64,000 nucleotides of DNA from an uncultured Candidatus Saccharibacteria bacterium (GTDB taxonomy: Bacteria > Patescibacteriota > Dojkabacteria > J137). Location of the stretch: positions 5,203 to 69,202 of the forward strand of contig CAYTGI010000005.1 of assembly GCA_964437465.1 (NCBI GenBank), given 5' to 3'. The notes below the pieces were generated by a model, which saw only the letters and a program-made list of their open reading frames with translations, ran no database searches and was not told where the DNA came from. Position numbers and translations under genes: made by a program. Position 1 is the first letter of the stretch; every line of letters starts with the position of its first letter. Of this stretch, positions 1 to 9,128 are shown piece by piece.

Positions 1-827
1 GCTTCATCTCTTTCTTCATCTGTAGGTGTGTAGATTATTCTTGTGTAATATTCTAAATCAGTTTCATTGATAATCTCTTTAATCTTTTTAGTATAAGACC
101 CTTCTCTTCCCATTATCCAAAAGATAATTCTATCTTTAACCTCCGGTTTTAGTTTATGAATTGCATATAAAACATCTTGAATACCTTTATACCATTCCAT
201 TCTGTTTAAATAAGTAATCACAATCCGATCTTCAGGATCATAATGAGGTAGTTTTTTTTCAATATAGCTTTCATAAATCCCATTAGGTATAAGTTCAATC
301 TTATTGGGGCTAATATTATATTCTCTTGTCATCCATTCGCTTTGAGGTGGAACAACAGCAATTACTTTTGAGTAAAGTCTATTTAAAAACAATTTTAAAA
401 AGAAAGTATAAAACTTTTTAATAAATAATCTAAACCCTTTATCAGCAAATGCCATAAATGGTCCATGAGGTGTATTGATCATTTTTGTTCCTGGGCTTGT
501 GATTTTTTTTAAAATCAAGCAAAATTCGGTCCATGCAAAACCAAATCCTGAAACATGAATAACATCAAATCTTGAAGTTAATAATCTGGGTAATAGCATA
601 GGATAAAATCCTGCATATAGAGCTTTATTAATTGCCCAATGTCTTATAATCTTAATTCCTTTATATTGTTCTTTCCATTGGAGCTTTTCATTTCTAAATT
701 TAATATTTGTTGTATATACAGTAACATCATGACCGATTGCAGCCATTTTAGTAGCCATGGCTTCTATATTCTGTTCTGCACCTCCTCGAAAAGGCTGGAA
801 TCTTGGAATTATGTAAAGAATTTTCAT
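1..827 (-). CDS. Glycosyltransferase family 4 (GT-B), runs off the left edge
   Basis: Manual translation from ATG at 827: MKILYIIPRFQPFRGGAEQNIEAMATKMAAIGHDVTVYT...FDVIHVSG...TPHG...IPNGI. Not in the ORF track. Confidence 0.85.
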   Translation of the reverse strand, partial: MKILYIIPRFQPFRGGAEQNIEAMATKMAAIGHDVTVYTTNIKFRNEKLQWKEQYKGIKIIRHWAINKALYAGFYPMLLPRLLTSRFDVIHVSGFGFAWTEFCLILKKITSPGTKMINTPHGPFMAFADKGFRLFIKKFYTFFLKLFLNRLYSKVIAVVPPQSEWMTREYNISPNKIELIPNGIYESYIEKKLPHYDPEDRIVITYLNRMEWYKGIQDVLYAIHKLKPEVKDRIIFWIMGREGSYTKKIKEIINETDLEYYTRIIYTPTDEERDE

Positions 828-918
828 AAATTGATTATAACCGACATAAATCTAAATAGAAATGCGATAAGCCTTTAATTATTATAGAATCAAGCATTAC
901 TTATTACACATAGTTAAT

Positions 919-1194
919 ATGAAGGAATTAAAAAAGATCGATCCGATGTCTTATGCAATTTTCTCTGGAGCGGCAGGGGTATTTTTCGGTTTCGTTGCTG
1001 CATTATTCGGCTTACTTTTCTCTTCAGCTTTAGCAGGGTTAGATGGTGCAGGATTTGGAATATTAGGGCTAATTATGCTTCCATTGACATACGGAATAGG
1101 AGGTTTTATCGGTGGATACATCGGTGGATTTTTCTACAACTTTATAGCTTCAAAAGTTGGAGGAATTAAAATTGAACTTAAGGATGTAAAATAA
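919..1194 (+). CDS. Small Gly-rich membrane protein
   Basis: Two hydrophobic segments; C-terminal YNFIASKVGGIKIEL. Confidence 0.7.
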   Translation: MKELKKIDPMSYAIFSGAAGVFFGFVAALFGLLFSSALAGLDGAGFGILGLIMLPLTYGIGGFIGGYIGGFFYNFIASKVGGIKIELKDVK

Positions 1195-1281
1195 ATTCTA
1201 CTAATAAAAAATTTAATTATCTAGATTGATTTTAGATAATAAAAAAAAGAAACTACTAAAATAATTTTTAGTAGTTTTTTT

Positions 1282-1680
1282 ATGGGTCATGAGTTTAATA
1301 TTCAGGTTAAAGATTGGGAAACTGATGATGGTGAAACATCTTACATAGTGTCATGGGAAGTTGGGGATAATTCAGAAGAGAAATATCCAGATACTTTAAG
1401 AGAAGATATGAGAAGAGCTAGGGAAGCATTAGCCATACATTTGTGTAATGGTGGGCAATTAGATATTAATTCAGTTCCTAAATTAATAAATACTGCTGGG
1501 CAAGCATTACTATTATCTGAAATAAGAGGGATTTTTAGAAGTTTAGATATAACTAAAAAAGAATCTAGTCGAATTATTAACTTAGCAATAACTGATGGAT
1601 TAATCGTTGAAATAGACGTTTTAGAATCTCAAGGACCACTTTATGATACGGAAGACAGAAATATTAATTTTGAATCTTAA
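1282..1680 (+). CDS. Hypothetical protein
   Basis: 132-aa ORF with no recognised motif; an AT-rich hairpin (AAACTACTAAAA/TTTTAGTAGTTT) lies just before the ATG. Confidence 0.6.
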   Translation: MGHEFNIQVKDWETDDGETSYIVSWEVGDNSEEKYPDTLREDMRRAREALAIHLCNGGQLDINSVPKLINTAGQALLLSEIRGIFRSLDITKKESSRIINLAITDGLIVEIDVLESQGPLYDTEDRNINFES

Positions 1681-2523
1681 GAGTTGATTAGTTCTTTAAA
1701 TTTTTCGTAAATATTTTTTATATTCAAAGGAGTATTTCGCTCTCCTCTCTTTCCTTCTGGACTTAGAAAGGGTGAATCAGTTTCAAAGAAAATTCCGTTC
1801 TTGTAAAAATCCTCTGGTGTTACCAAGCTTTTCCCTTTTAGAAGGTCAATATATACGTCTTGAACATTTTTCGCATTATTAAAAGTTACAATTCCATTTA
1901 CACCTAAACCCCATCCAACATCGATAATACCTTTTGCTGTTTTAAGATCACCAGTATAAGAGTGAAAAATCCCATAAGTTTTATACTCTTTTATAATTTT
2001 TAAGCATTCAGGTTCTGCATTTCTAGAGTGAATACTTAAAGGTAGATCTAATTCTTCTGCGAGCTCTAAATGTTTTCTAAACAGTGTTTCTTGAAGATCT
2101 TTTGAGAGCATTTTCTCATCTTCATCGGCATCTCTTATCCAGTAATGATCAAGACCAGTTTCTCCAATACCTTTAACATAGTCTGAATTCTCTAAGATTA
2201 AATTCCTAATCCTCTTAATCATCTCATCCATCCAATCTTCTAAATTATCAAAACCAACAAACTGCTCTGACCCTGGGATATATACTTCTGGATCAATTCC
2301 TACAAAGCTTTTAATAAAAGGGTAATCTTTCGCAAGTTTTATAGATTCTTCAGAAGTTGAAATATTTATTCCAATATCCCAAACTTCAGAAAGCTCACTA
2401 TCCTTTACCTTCTCTAATATTTCCACCCTGTCATCTAAATAAACAGAATCATTAACATGACAGTGAGTATCAATTAATCCTTTGGGTTTTCCTAATTGTT
2501 CGAAAATATTCAGAAAAAATCAT
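1677..2523 (-). CDS. tatD: TatD family deoxyribonuclease, apparent 1-nt frameshift near the start
   Basis: GIGETGLD, IHSR, IFHSYTG and ETDSPF motifs. IDTHCH lies in frame upstream of the tracked start (2426). The ATG at 2523 is out of frame by one T in a homopolymer. Confidence 0.85.
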
Positions 2524-2613
2524 TTAACCAATAGAGACTACCATATTTGCTTGATGAATCCACCCTCTATCTGTTAAAATTCATAGCACTAATTTATTGA
2601 TATACAGATAATT

Positions 2614-2874
2614 ATGGCAAATACATCATCTGCAAAAAAAGCGATAAGAGTCTCTGAAAGAAAGAGAGTTAATAACCTTCGACATAGGAGAGAGATGTCT
2701 GAAGCTAGAAAAGCAGTAAGAAAAGCTGTAGCAAATAAAGATAAGAAAACAGCAGAAATGCTTCTTCCTAAAGCATACAAGGAAATTGACAAGGCTGCGA
2801 AAAGAAAAATCATTCAAAAAAATACAGCAGCTAGATATAAGTCACGACTTGTTGCTAAAATAAAGTCAATATAA
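2614..2874 (+). CDS. rpsT: 30S ribosomal protein S20
   Basis: MANTSSAKKAIR...KNTAARYKSRL. Confidence 0.97.
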   Translation: MANTSSAKKAIRVSERKRVNNLRHRREMSEARKAVRKAVANKDKKTAEMLLPKAYKEIDKAAKRKIIQKNTAARYKSRLVAKIKSI

Positions 2875-2897
2875 AAAACTTTTAAGTTTTTTCACTT

Positions 2898-3449
2898 GTG
2901 TCAAAATCTTTAATTAAGCTTATTGATTACTCGCTCTTGCCAGCGCTATTAATGGTGTTTGGTAAGTTTTTTGGGATATTTGCGATAAGTAGAATAATTG
3001 GTATAGAAGTAAATGTTAGAGAATATACTGATTCCCTATTGGCTGTATCTCCGATGGTAACAGAAGAAGAGCTTTTAATAATAACTTCGTACTCAGACCT
3101 CATTATGTATGCTGTTGTTGCAGGACTATTTTCTATTGTTGTTATTAGAGCAGTATTTTTCCATGATACTCATACTAAGCCAACTCTTGTTGCAAAATTA
3201 GCTAATTCAAATATGCTTAAGCTGATTCAAAATTCTTATGAGATTTACCACTCTGCTTCAATTCATTTAGTGTTTGTTTGGGTTGCAACAGCAATAGTTA
3301 TCTTTAATGCTGTAGCAGGCAATACATACGCTTGGATAGGAATATTGAGTGTTATTGGTTCAATTATCCTAACTGCAATTCTTCTACTAGATGTTTATAA
3401 GGAGATAGAAAATATTAAGAATAAGCCAGGATCGTACAATTGGGTTTAG
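2898..3449 (+). CDS. Membrane protein with about 4 TM segments
   Basis: Hydrophobic segments, 183 aa. Confidence 0.7.
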   Translation: MSKSLIKLIDYSLLPALLMVFGKFFGIFAISRIIGIEVNVREYTDSLLAVSPMVTEEELLIITSYSDLIMYAVVAGLFSIVVIRAVFFHDTHTKPTLVAKLANSNMLKLIQNSYEIYHSASIHLVFVWVATAIVIFNAVAGNTYAWIGILSVIGSIILTAILLLDVYKEIENIKNKPGSYNWV

Positions 3450-3489
3450 AGGCTATGTCTTATTTATAATTTAGTTTTTGAGATTTGTG

Positions 3490-3912
3490 TCAGTACCAAC
3501 CTTCCATAATCGTCACTTTCATTTTTTGCTCAGGATTTTTTAGTAGTTCGACAATTTTTCTATCTAAATGATTAGCTCCTCTATTTAAATTGAACCCAAG
3601 AGTTCTTTCTGAATCAAAATGACTTTTTCTTAAAACTATTTCGTGGTCAGAGTTAAAGTTCGGATTTATTGTGCACTTAAATTCACTTGAAATAATCTCA
3701 CCATTTTCATCTTTAACCTCACAAATTACCTTTATCTTTTTCTTAAATTCTTTTAGTTTAGAAGTTTCAAAATCAGACTTTATTCCGATGATACAATCCC
3801 CTCGTTCGGTTAGATCTTCGTCTTTTGTAAACTCTATTGTCTTAAAGTGGGTTGCAAGAATATTTGGATGGCCAAAACATGTGAATGAGTAAGATCTCCT
3901 ATCTTCAGGCAT
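3490..3912 (-). CDS. DUF371 family protein
   Basis: GHPNILATHFKTIEFTKDEDLTERGDCIIGI and IVLRKSHF motifs. Confidence 0.85.
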   Translation of the reverse strand: MPEDRRSYSFTCFGHPNILATHFKTIEFTKDEDLTERGDCIIGIKSDFETSKLKEFKKKIKVICEVKDENGEIISSEFKCTINPNFNSDHEIVLRKSHFDSERTLGFNLNRGANHLDRKIVELLKNPEQKMKVTIMEGWY

Positions 3913-4108
3913 TTTTTACAAAGTTTTTAACTACTTCAACAAAGTAAAAAACGATAATTGAAAGGATTGCATTTAGAGTAACTACCAAGAAATTCATTTC
4001 TTCAAAAATAGAAACAATAGCTAAAGTTGAAATGAAAACTGAAACGAAAATGGTTAATGATTTTATTAGATTGTTTTTAAGAGAGGATTTTTTTAGTTGA
4101 ATATTCAT
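3905..4108 (-). CDS. Small 2-TM membrane protein
   Basis: Overlaps both neighbours in an operon-like way; two hydrophobic helices. Confidence 0.6.
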   Translation of the reverse strand: MNIQLKKSSLKNNLIKSLTIFVSVFISTLAIVSIFEEMNFLVVTLNAILSIIVFYFVEVVKNFVKNA

Positions 4109-4386
4109 ATATCTTGTCTTTTTTGCCAGATTAGTCTAAAGATTCTTCCAAAGAATAAGTCAGCAATTATAAATAAAACTGTATAGAGAATTGATTGAAA
4201 AATAGAGCTAGTCAAACTATCATTTTCATTGAGAAGAAAATAGATAAGTGAAGCAATTAAAAAGATAACTGATGGATATAAACGATTCACCCAACTCTTA
4301 AACCAAGCAGCTTCTTTTTTTAGTGCTTTATTAGAGAGTTTTAATTTTTTTATTTCTTTTTCGTACTGACTAGTGCTTTTACTCAT
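4105..4386 (-). CDS. Small 2-TM membrane protein
   Basis: Hydrophobic C-terminal half; TATAAT-N6-ATG upstream. Confidence 0.65.
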   Translation of the reverse strand: MSKSTSQYEKEIKKLKLSNKALKKEAAWFKSWVNRLYPSVIFLIASLIYFLLNENDSLTSSIFQSILYTVLFIIADLFFGRIFRLIWQKRQDI

Positions 4387-4404
4387 ATTATGATTATACC
4401 ATCA

Positions 4405-5052
4405 CTATTTGACTACAATTCCAACTATGTAAAAAACATCACGATTTCTCTTACTCAAGATTTTCTTTCCCCAAGGTGATTCAATAAGTTCCTTTTCTTC
4501 TTCTGTTAACTTTTTTACTTCAGTAATCTTTATTCCATATTTTAGGATTTCTTTTTTAAAATCACTATTTAAATATTTTTCATTAAGTTCCGGCAGATCT
4601 CTTTCGCTTTTGAACTTCTCTTCATATTTTTCATCATAAGTTGTTACTACTTTTAACATTCCGTTATTTTTTGCAACTATAGCAATATTGCTAATAATAT
4701 TATTATCTAAATTTATAAAACCCTCTAATAAAGATCCCCAAGGAAAGTTTATCTGAACTTCATCGGCAACTGATTCAAGTTCTTTTGGAAGGTTCTCCGC
4801 AACACCATGAATAAAAACTATATTTCTTAAACCACCTTTTGCAAGTTTTCTCCTTGCTTTTCTAGAGACTTCTTCTAGCCCTTTGTAGTTTGCATCAATT
4901 CCAATATAGAAAATTCCAGGGTTATTGTAGGCTTGTTTATAGGTCTGTTTTCCATCGCCACAACCTAAATCAACGATAACTGACTTAAAACTAGGGTCAA
5001 TTTTGAGTTTTTCAACTGGATAGGTTTTCTTGCCTCTAATCTCATTAATCAT
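4405..5052 (-). CDS. 16S rRNA (adenine1408-N1)-methyltransferase, NpmA/KamB-like
   Basis: DLGCGDG, YIGID, KGGLRNIVF, AENLP, FPWGSLL and SPWGKK are collinear with NpmA motifs as recalled. Confidence 0.8.
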   Translation of the reverse strand: MINEIRGKKTYPVEKLKIDPSFKSVIVDLGCGDGKQTYKQAYNNPGIFYIGIDANYKGLEEVSRKARRKLAKGGLRNIVFIHGVAENLPKELESVADEVQINFPWGSLLEGFINLDNNIISNIAIVAKNNGMLKVVTTYDEKYEEKFKSERDLPELNEKYLNSDFKKEILKYGIKITEVKKLTEEEKELIESPWGKKILSKRNRDVFYIVGIVVK

Positions 5053-5071
5053 AAAGTAATTATAACCAATA

Positions 5072-5101
5072 AGTACTAAGGTACCTAGGTACTTGAGTAC
5101 A
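5072..5101. repeat. Degenerate 9-nt GTAC tandem repeat
   Basis: AGTACTAAG GTACCTAG GTACTTGA GTAC. Confidence 0.7.
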
Positions 5102-5121
5102 ATAGTATTAATTTGTATAAT
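5093..5121 (+). promoter_or_regulatory. Sigma70 promoter of the tyr leader
   Basis: TTGAGT-N17-TATAAT, 6 nt before the ATG at 5128. Confidence 0.7.
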
Positions 5122-5127
5122 TGCGAC

Positions 5128-5169
5128 ATGAAATTCAGATTTTATTATTACTACTTATACCTGACCTAG
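5128..5169 (+). CDS. Tyr-rich attenuator leader peptide MKFRFYYYYLYLT
   Basis: 5 Tyr and 2 Phe codons in 13 aa, upstream of a terminator and tyrA. Confidence 0.85.
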   Translation: MKFRFYYYYLYLT

Positions 5170-5197
5170 GGAGTTAGTAATATTTGTATGATAATAG

Positions 5198-5224
5198 AAG
5201 CTCCTAAAAAGGGAGCTTTTTTTT
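5198..5224 (+). terminator. Attenuator terminator upstream of tyrA
   Basis: AAGCTCC-TAAAAAG-GGAGCTT followed by a T run. Confidence 0.85.
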
Positions 5225-5256
5225 GCCTAGTTTACTTATTTTTTAATTAATTCGTT

Positions 5257-6009
5257 ATGAAATATACAGTTGGAATCATTGGAAATGGGAGGTTTGGAGA
5301 TATGCTTTATAAGACGTTTGATAGATTTGGTAAGAACGATTTTAAAGTAAATATGTTCTCTAGAAGTTATGACCATAATAATGCAAAAGTTAAAAGTAAA
5401 AATTCAAAAAGATTTAGCTCATTAGATGAAGTGTGTTCTTCAGACATTATTATCCCTGCAGTTCCTATTTCTGTTTTTGAAAAACAAATAATTGATATTA
5501 AGGGCTTAGTACCAGAAACATCATTAGTTGTTGATGTTTGTTCCGTAAGTGTTCATCCTGCTAAGGTAATGCTCAAAAATCTAAAGTGTGATCTTCTTTC
5601 AACTCATCCAATGTTTGGTCCGGATTCTTCTAAAGATGCTACTGATTTTAAAGATTTAAAATTCATACATCATCCACTCAAAGTAACTAACCAAGAAAAG
5701 GAAGATGCATTTCTTTCTTTTTGGAAAGAACTTGGATGTGACATGAGACAGCTAACCCCAGAAGAACACGATAAACAGGCAGCATACACTCATGCATATG
5801 CTTTTTTAATAGGTAAGATAGGTATTATGATGGAAGTTAGAAGAAATGATATATCTACAAAAGGCTTTGAGGGTGTTTTGTACAACCAAGAAGCTGTTGA
5901 AAACGATACGAGCACGCTTTTTAACGATATGTTTACTTATAACCCTTTTGCAAAAGAGATGGTGTCTAGATTTATTAAGACAGTAAAGGAGATACAAGGT
6001 AGGTTATAG
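5257..6009 (+). CDS. tyrA: Prephenate/arogenate dehydrogenase
   Basis: GIIGNGRFG, DVCSV, HPMFGP and EEHD motifs. Confidence 0.9.
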   Translation: MKYTVGIIGNGRFGDMLYKTFDRFGKNDFKVNMFSRSYDHNNAKVKSKNSKRFSSLDEVCSSDIIIPAVPISVFEKQIIDIKGLVPETSLVVDVCSVSVHPAKVMLKNLKCDLLSTHPMFGPDSSKDATDFKDLKFIHHPLKVTNQEKEDAFLSFWKELGCDMRQLTPEEHDKQAAYTHAYAFLIGKIGIMMEVRRNDISTKGFEGVLYNQEAVENDTSTLFNDMFTYNPFAKEMVSRFIKTVKEIQGRL

Positions 6010-6021
6010 TGTTGTCAGGTA

Positions 6022-6051
6022 TTGACAACATTGCGAAAAGGGAGCTATAAT
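6022..6051 (+). promoter_or_regulatory. Sigma70 promoter
   Basis: TTGACA-N18-TATAAT. Confidence 0.7.
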
Positions 6052-6123
6052 ATTAAAGTTAAAATTAATAAAATAGCTTTACAAATTGCCGATCAAAAAA
6101 CTTATGAAGGGGAACCAGGCACT

Positions 6124-6794
6124 ATGCCAGTTAGATTATCTTCTGCAAATGGTTTCGATACTAACTATGAATTTGAAGTTAATGCTGAAAATATAATTAT
6201 CGCTACTGGAGATTCCGACGAAGCACACCTGCAAAGACTTAATCTATATAAAAAAGTAAAGAATTCACTGGAAGGTGATTTTATTTTATTTGATTGGGGT
6301 CATTTAGAAGTTTTACTTCAAACCTGTGGAAAAGGTATTGCTAATAGTGGAAATGCAATGGTATCTATTGCTTTGTACAATGAAGAAGAAGGGTTCGGAG
6401 GCGAGCCTCTGCGACTGTGGAGGGGGAAAGATCAGTATCTTTCTATGCATATGTAAGAATTGATGATTTAGTAGAGTCTAGCGATATTGGAAATGCTATC
6501 CATAGAGTAAAACAAATAGTAGGTCAGTGTTCAACAGGAACTTTAGGATATGTCGATAGAATTGTTGCTAGTGGTAATGCTGTTAAAATAGAAAAAACAA
6601 GAGAGGCCTGGGAGCATACATATAGCCAACTCAGAGCTTGTATGGCATTCTTTGAAAAGGTAGCAAGCTTGGAATTAAGTTATGAACAAGTGGGTATTTT
6701 AATGCAATTAAAAGCAGATCTTGATCGATTTAGTGATGCTATGGATGATAATAGTGATGCTGGCTTTAAAGCTTGTATAGAAAAACTTTCATAA
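6124..6794 (+). CDS. Hypothetical protein, probably one gene split by a frameshift near 6390
   Basis: Two overlapping ORFs (6022-6456 and 6417-6794) join if one G is added to the GGG near 6391. Confidence 0.5.
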
Positions 6795-6811
6795 AAGTAT
6801 AAAAAAATAAT

Positions 6812-6842
6812 AAAAAGCCTGGATTATTCCAGGTTTTTTTTA
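6812..6842. terminator. Intrinsic terminator, possibly bidirectional
   Basis: A run, GCCTGGA-TTAT-TCCAGGT, T run. Confidence 0.75.
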
Positions 6843-6868
6843 TTTTCAAAATATTGGTAATATTTATT

Positions 6869-7411
6869 ATGAAGAATGCACTAATCTTACATGGAACATC
6901 AGCTAACTCCTCTTCTAACTGGTTTCCTTGGTTAGGTGGAGAGTTAACTAAAAGAGGATACGAATGTCGAATTCCAGATCTTCCAAACGCTGATGAACCA
7001 GATCTAGCAATGTATTGGGATTATATTAAAGATTTTTCATTTAATGAGGATAGCTTAATTATTGGCCACAGCTCTGGAGCTGTTGCAGCTCTTGGAATAA
7101 TTCAGAAGTTTTGCGATGGGAGTTTTAACCCTAAAGTGAATAAAATAATTTTAGTTTCTGCATTTTCTAAAGATGAGGGATGGAAATGTGAGAAGATTTT
7201 GTGTGATTATGACTGGGATAAAATTAGGTCAGCTACGGATGAGATAATTCAAATTCATTCTGACGATGATCCTTATGTAAGCTTAGATAATGCTAAAGAG
7301 TTAGCAAAAAATCTAGAGATTCCGATAATACTCTACCCTGAAAAAGGTCATTTTAATACTGAGTACTCTGAAGAATTTACAAAGTTTCCTGAGATTTTGG
7401 GTTGGATTTAG
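6869..7411 (+). CDS. RBBP9/YdeN family alpha/beta serine hydrolase
   Basis: LILHG, NWFPWL, GHSSG, HSDDDPYV and KGHFN motifs. Confidence 0.9.
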   Translation: MKNALILHGTSANSSSNWFPWLGGELTKRGYECRIPDLPNADEPDLAMYWDYIKDFSFNEDSLIIGHSSGAVAALGIIQKFCDGSFNPKVNKIILVSAFSKDEGWKCEKILCDYDWDKIRSATDEIIQIHSDDDPYVSLDNAKELAKNLEIPIILYPEKGHFNTEYSEEFTKFPEILGWI

Positions 7412-7791
7412 GCTTCAGCCTCTGCTTGAGGAGAAATAAATGTCGTTCTTAATTTTGTGTTGTGACCCATTAGATTCATCATCAATGATACTGAATTTAG
7501 GACAGCCTTTATATTTGCTGAAGCATCATATGGTATTTCTATATTTAGCTCTTGAACATTTAATCTTTTTAAATTTGTTAGCATATTCCAAATATCTGTT
7601 CTATTTATATTTGCAGAACCTGTTCTTTCTGAAATCTTCACGTTTATTTTTTCGATAGTTATTCTCCCTTGTTTACTTTCATCTCCTAACGCTTGTATAG
7701 TTCTGGCCATAGTTGCAGGAGTATCAACTTCAAGATTTTGTTCATGAATGATTATTTCTTGTTGTTGTATTTGTAATTCAGACTCTGTCAT
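7408..7791 (-). CDS. Hypothetical protein
   Basis: ORF convergent with the YdeN gene; no motif. Confidence 0.55.
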   Translation of the reverse strand: MTESELQIQQQEIIIHEQNLEVDTPATMARTIQALGDESKQGRITIEKINVKISERTGSANINRTDIWNMLTNLKRLNVQELNIEIPYDASANIKAVLNSVSLMMNLMGHNTKLRTTFISPQAEAEA

Positions 7792-7894
7792 AATACTTTT
7801 GTTACCAAAAGATAATAACAAAGAAAAATAAAATTACCAAGAGAAAGTTGCTGGATTTTGGCAACAAATAGGCTGTATAGTGGTATAATTATTT

Positions 7895-9052
7895 ATGGAT
7901 AATAATATTAGAGAAATAAAACCTTCCTTCGAAACTGGTGAAGAATATGCTTCGTATGTTAGAGCGCAAGTAGAACAGGGAGCTAATTATGATGAACTTG
8001 CAGATACTGCTGTGAATATTTTGGCTATGCTAAATTCTTTTAACAGTACTTACGTAAACAAAGAAGGTCGTTTGAATATTGCTGATTTTATAGAAACGTA
8101 TTCTATAACATTGGGAATGAAGACTTTATTTTTTGAATCGGATGAAGGAAGAGCTTTTCATCTAGTTGCTGTTCCTGAGCACTCAAGGTTAAATCTTGAT
8201 GATCTTTCAAGAGCTGTCGCTGGAGATGAAAATGTTGAAATCCCTAAAATGAAAGTTGTTCATGCGCATACTGACGTTGTTCCAGGTTTAGAGGACAAAG
8301 GAATAAGAATGGACATGGATAATGGGCTAGTTTCTGGTAGGGGAAGTAACGACATGTTGGCTCAAGTCGCTTTATTGATGGTTAATATGGCACTTAATCC
8401 AGATTCAGATTTAGTGTATTACTTTTCTGGAGATGAAGAAATTAATATGATTTTTAATGGTCCTGAGATTTTGGAAAAATTTCATGGATTTTTAATTGAC
8501 CTTGAACCAACAGGAAATGTTTATGGTGAAATTATTACTAAAGCTTCAAATACAACTGTTTATTCAAGGTTTATAGATGGCTCTATTCCTATCTTTGCAA
8601 AGCTAGTAGATAAGCTTAACGATTTAGGAGTGAGATACCAATTAGATGAAGAAGGAATGTTAGTAGTTATTGGAGATGATGGTAAGCCTGATTTACAAGA
8701 GTTAATGGATGAATATCAAATTAAGGGGCGTTTAGAAGAAGGTATGAAAATTGAAAATGATTCTTTAACAAATAGATTTTTGAGAGAACTTCTTCAACAA
8801 GTTTATGGTGAGAGAAGAATATTAGAAGGCTCTATGGCAACATCATTCTTCGTAGATGGAGGTTTGGATTATTTTCACAGTCTAGCATTTCGAATGAAAA
8901 GAAATGGGATTGTAGTAAGCTTTCCTGAGATTGGTGGAAGGCATACTGACTACGAATCTGGCTTTTTTCAACACTACTCTCTCCTTCTTCATTTTTTAGA
9001 TCTCTTATCTAAAGATGAGAATTTAGATCAAATAATCTCCATCGAGGCTTAG
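7895..9052 (+). CDS. Divergent M20/M28 family metallopeptidase or deacylase
   Basis: HAHTDVVP, GRGSNDM, GDEE, DLEPT and HTDYE metal-ligand motifs. Confidence 0.75.
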   Translation: MDNNIREIKPSFETGEEYASYVRAQVEQGANYDELADTAVNILAMLNSFNSTYVNKEGRLNIADFIETYSITLGMKTLFFESDEGRAFHLVAVPEHSRLNLDDLSRAVAGDENVEIPKMKVVHAHTDVVPGLEDKGIRMDMDNGLVSGRGSNDMLAQVALLMVNMALNPDSDLVYYFSGDEEINMIFNGPEILEKFHGFLIDLEPTGNVYGEIITKASNTTVYSRFIDGSIPIFAKLVDKLNDLGVRYQLDEEGMLVVIGDDGKPDLQELMDEYQIKGRLEEGMKIENDSLTNRFLRELLQQVYGERRILEGSMATSFFVDGGLDYFHSLAFRMKRNGIVVSFPEIGGRHTDYESGFFQHYSLLLHFLDLLSKDENLDQIISIEA

Positions 9053-9128
9053 AAAAATAAGGATTATGCGATAAAATTATGGGATACTCTCAGTAGTATT
9101 CCGATATTAAAAATTAATCCTGTTAGAC

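Noticed and set aside
6022-6123. TTG start at 6022
   Set aside because: That TTG is the TTGACA -35 box; the ATG at 6124 is more plausible
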